Source: Polyangiaceae bacterium (GTDB lineage: Bacteria; Myxococcota_A; Polyangia; Polyangiales; Polyangiaceae). From it: 64,000 bases of DNA. This document shows positions 62,661-64,000 of the stretch, in pieces (within the stretch, counting starts at the first letter, position 1; every line of letters starts with the position of its first letter). A program made the position numbers and the translations under genes. The stretch lies in contig JBILLK010000028.1 of NCBI GenBank assembly GCA_044376115.1, positions 64,001 through 128,000 of the forward strand. Reading direction: 5' to 3'. The notes beneath the pieces were generated by a model that was not told the DNA's origin, did not search any database, and worked only from the letters and a program-made list of their open reading frames with translations.

Positions 62661-62951
62661 GCCCCGTATAGTTCCCAGCCACCCCCCGTCCAACAACGTC
62701 CACGACGTGCCGTGAGTGGTTTAACGAGCTGCAGCCGGCGGCTCGGTCCAATGAGTACCGGCCCGTGGCCCACCCCATCGCCTTATCCTCACCGTCGACT
62801 ACCTATCGGCGCCGACCTCGCTAACCACGACCCGTTGCTCCCGTTCGACGTTCTCCAGAGCGCCAAGAACCCAGGCTCAAGCTAAGTCCGGAGACCAAAC
62901 TGCGCCCACACCGACGCCAATACGCCAGTCCCGACAGTGACGGCCAAGCTG

Positions 62952-62996
62952 GCGGGCTAGTCCAGTCGCTGACCAGCGGGCTAGTCCAGTCGCTGA
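62952..62996. repeat. Perfect 21-bp direct repeat (period 24)
   Basis: GCGGGCTAGTCCAGTCGCTGA at 62952-62972 and 62976-62996. Confidence 0.92.
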
Positions 62997-63518
62997 GCAT
63001 AGGGATTGACCCTCGCGCCGCGAATCCTCTTCGGCCCGGGCGTTCCTGCGTTAAACGTTCGGTTCCGAAAGCGCGGTTTGACTTAGATGTCGACGGTCGA
63101 TGCTGCCGTTCACCTCCAACCGGTAAGTCGCGGGCGGCTTAGGGCAAGCCGAAGGCACCTGGCGATGGTATGCCGGGTCGAGCGGTCGACGCCCGCAGCG
63201 TCGAAGCTCGGTGCCCTTGGTACGGCAACCAACGATGCACTGACCGCCCACTAGTGAGATGGCAAACCACTCGGTTCCCTCTACGCCGCTATTGCGCCCA
63301 GCCGGTGCAGCCTCCCGATTGTGGCCACTGCCACCTAGCATGTCTCCAGTTGCAGTGTCGCTGCCAGAAACCGATGCGCGGGACTCGCGAAGCTAAGTCC
63401 AACACCCCCGCGACGGCCAGACCACGGCGGGGCCCGAAAGCGGCCAACCAACCTAGGCTCTGCCTGCAGAAAATACCTACTCCACGTGCGAACTGGGCCA
63501 GGTCCGAAACCTCGACAC

Positions 63519-63534
63519 TGTTTCACGTGAAACC
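63519..63534. promoter_or_regulatory. parS-like site
   Basis: TGTTTCACGTGAAACC, 15/16 to consensus. Confidence 0.88.
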
Positions 63535-63575
63535 GCCCTCGGGACCCTAAACGACACCACCAGCGCCGAGATGAA

Positions 63576-64000
63576 TCAGCGAACCTGCCGAAGGGTGCCT
63601 CGATCCATCTCCCAGGTCGTCGGATTCAACGCCTCAAACCGGGCCGGATCATGGGCGACGACCACCACTACGGCATCGGCAATTACCCCGCGCACCGCGC
63701 CCAACAAAAGCTCAAGTCCGGCCGAATCCAAACCTGTCGTCGGCTCATCCAAAAGCACCAAACTCGGCCGGTGCATCAACGCTCTGGCGAGCGCGACTCG
63801 TTGCTTCTGACCCCTCGAATTGGTCCTTAAAGGTCGCTCCGCAAACGCCCGAAGCTGAAACCGCTCGCGTAACTCCACCCAAGCCGCCTCTGGATCCAGC
63901 CCATAGAACTCCGCTGCCAAGCGAAGGTTCTGCTGCCCACTGAGGTCCGGGTAAACCAACGCTTCGTGCGACAGCCAACCGATCTCGGCCCGCACCTCCG
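63576..64000 (-). CDS. ABC transporter ATP-binding protein, CcmA-like (3' part only)
   Basis: [46 protein letters not shown]. Confidence 0.8.
   Translation of the reverse strand, partial: EVRAEIGWLSHEALVYPDLSGQQNLRLAAEFYGLDPEAAWVELRERFQLRAFAERPLRTNSRGQKQRVALARALMHRPSLVLLDEPTTGLDSAGLELLLGAVRGVIADAVVVVVAHDPARFEALNPTTWEMDRGTLRQVR

Noticed and set aside
60599..63550. Short ORFs in the large intergenic region (e.g. 60599..60955, 61404..61637, 62152..62589, 63170..63550)
   Set aside because: Atypical codon usage, no recognisable motifs, and they run through parS sites or repeats.
60603..63575. oriC or dif site
   Set aside because: Only one near-DnaA box seen (TTATCCTCA, 62783-62791), no AT-rich unwinding element or dnaA, and no 28-bp XerC/XerD-type dif match.

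Overview
High-GC chromosomal window, apparently from a myxobacterium (Polyangia/Sorangiineae-like). This is inferred from the MYXO-CTERM-like tail, Gly-rich lipoproteins, three Hanks-type kinases and an FHA-sigma54 activator. About 50 CDSs are supported, including housekeeping genes (hmgA, maeB, uvrA, ald, a leuB-like dehydrogenase, dapF, aroC, an aroK-aroB fusion, zapA, bioF, a partial ccmA-like ATPase) and many envelope or hypothetical proteins. No rRNA, tRNA, CRISPR array or mobile element is supportable. Most notable: (1) a 31.1-41.8 kb module in which a sigma54 promoter with three tandem TGTCAAC-N5-GTTGACA-like palindromes precedes an uncharacterised CX4CH-cytochrome / DUF1588-like / Tat-DUF1501-like operon, next to an FHA-sigma54 activator and a kinase-PEGA-lipoprotein operon; (2) an ODP di-iron protein coupled to a small soluble protein with two MCP-tip-like segments; (3) a ~3 kb gene-free region (60.6-63.6 kb) with three parS-like 16-mers, a five-copy ~86-106 bp repeat array and a by-eye strand-composition switch; (4) a lytic transglycosylase fused to an M16-peptidase-like domain; (5) a recurrent TAnnnT hexamer 6-8 nt before start codons, suggesting leaderless mRNAs. 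All family calls come from motif recognition by eye; no database search was run.
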